The notes under the pieces were generated by a model. The model ran no database searches. It was not told the DNA's origin and saw nothing but the letters and a program-made list of their open reading frames with translations. Below, one piece after another: positions 45,137 to 45,982 of a DNA stretch of 45,982 bases (positions within the stretch are counted from its first letter, which is position 1; the number at the start of each line of letters is the position of its first letter). The translations under genes were made by a program, and so were the position numbers. Origin of the DNA: Chloroflexota bacterium (lineage in GTDB: Bacteria; Chloroflexota; Dormibacteria; Dormibacterales; Dormibacteraceae); the NCBI GenBank assembly GCA_005881335.1, contig VBFV01000070.1:1-45982 (forward strand), read 5' to 3'.

Positions 45137-45982
45137 ATGAAAGTCGGCCTCGTTTCACCGTATGACTTCGCGTCGCCTGGTGGCGTCAACGACCATGTCC
45201 GCCGCCTCGCCGTCCGGCTGCGACAGCTCGGCCATGAGGCGCGCATCTTCGCGCCGTCCAGCCGCGCCGATGTCGACTTCGACAGCGCGCGCTTCTACAG
45301 GATCGGGACGCCGATCGCCATCCCGGTCAACGATTCGGTGGCGCGCATCACGCTCAGCTTTCACCTTGCCAACCAGGTCGCCGCGATCATCGCCGACGAG
45401 GGCTTCGACGTCCTTCATTTCCACGAGCCCTTGATGCCCGCCCTGCCGATCACCATGCTGCGGATGTCGACCACGGCCAACGTCGGAACGTTCCACGCCT
45501 TTGCGCGATCCAACGTCGGTTACTTCTACGGCCGGCCGCTGCTCCAGCCGTACCTCGCGCATCTGCATCGCGGCATCGCGGTCAGCGAGCCGGCCCGCGC
45601 GTTCGTGCAGCGCTACTTCCCCGATTTCCCGCTGCGCGTCATCCCCAACGGTGTCGATCTCAACGTCTACCGTTCGGGCCTGGCGCCCATCCGGCACCTG
45701 CGCGACGAGAACCTCAACGTCCTGTTTGTGGGACGGCTCGAAAAGCGCAAGGGCCTTGGCGATCTGCTGAGGGCGTATCGCGCCATGAGCATGCGCGTCC
45801 CCCAAACCCGGTTGATCATCGTCGGCGACGGCCCGCTCCGCGGCCGGGTCGAGTCGTACGTCGCGCGCCACCGCCTGGCGAACGTGGTCCTAGCGGGTTA
45901 CGTGCCAGAGAGCGTGAAGCCGCGGTACTACAACAGCGCCGACATCTTCTGCGCCCCGGCAACGGGCGCTGAGAGCTTCGGC
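45137..45982 (+). CDS. pimA: phosphatidylinositol alpha-mannosyltransferase-like GT4 glycosyltransferase (3' end cut by the window edge)
   Basis: This ORF is absent from the track because no stop is reached; I translated it by hand from the ATG at 45137. The product MKVGLVSPYDFASPGGVNDHVRRLA...FDVLHFHEP...GTFHAF...IPNGVDL...LFVGRLEKRKG...CAPATGAESFG is collinear with my recollection of mycobacterial PimA. Confidence 0.8.
   Translation, partial: MKVGLVSPYDFASPGGVNDHVRRLAVRLRQLGHEARIFAPSSRADVDFDSARFYRIGTPIAIPVNDSVARITLSFHLANQVAAIIADEGFDVLHFHEPLMPALPITMLRMSTTANVGTFHAFARSNVGYFYGRPLLQPYLAHLHRGIAVSEPARAFVQRYFPDFPLRVIPNGVDLNVYRSGLAPIRHLRDENLNVLFVGRLEKRKGLGDLLRAYRAMSMRVPQTRLIIVGDGPLRGRVESYVARHRLANVVLAGYVPESVKPRYYNSADIFCAPATGAESFG

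Noticed and set aside
42403-45140. Very long ORFs crossing the acyltransferase region (42403..44979 minus strand, 858 aa; 42780..45140 plus strand, 786 aa)
   Set aside because: They lie antisense to, or out of frame with, three genes that have clear LPLAT motifs. Their products are Arg/Gly/Ala-rich and low in complexity, which is typical of alternate frames in high-GC DNA. Their internal repetition simply mirrors the 858-bp duplication.

Overview
GC-rich (about two-thirds G+C by eye) bacterial chromosomal window. It is densely coded, and many genes are joined by 1-4 nt start/stop overlaps (GTGA, ATGA, TTGA, TGATG). I found no rRNA, tRNA, CRISPR array, transposase or integrase. All family assignments come from reading motifs in the supplied translations, not from database searches.

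Content is mostly housekeeping:
- a pyrimidine cluster, pyrB-pyrR-carAB-pyrK-pyrD, in which carA and carB form one 1444-codon ORF
- pdxS-pdxT
- tmk-darA
- hisA, ilvE, folE and a glycerate kinase
- a thiolase, an acyl-CoA dehydrogenase, an SDR and a quinone oxidoreductase
- three ABC-2-type transporter modules, two MFS transporters and one SMR transporter
- MarR, ArsR and ECF-sigma regulators
- an actinobacterial-style inositol-lipid cluster at the 3' end: arsR-ino1, three lysophospholipid-type acyltransferase genes, then pimA (cut by the window edge)

The strongest structure not explained by plain gene calls is an 858-bp tandem duplication (42738-43595 and 43596-44453) with 3 mismatches. It turns two diverged neighbouring acyltransferase genes into three; the middle gene is an in-frame chimera.

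Other points worth a second look:
- the carA-carB fusion
- two conserved genes (pdxT and a RidA-family gene) whose conserved N-termini are reachable only from CTG or another non-canonical start
- an ECF sigma factor carrying an anti-sigma-type HxxxCxxC motif on its own C-terminus
- a zinc-ribbon protein with a Lys/Ala/Pro-repeat tail, translationally coupled to an ABC exporter
- an acyl-CoA dehydrogenase pseudogene with an internal deletion
- a PolX-like protein lacking the polymerase core
- a small Cys-rich ORF below the ORF-track cutoff
- a perfect 24-bp palindrome

I did not recognise a canonical defence, secretion or biosynthetic system.
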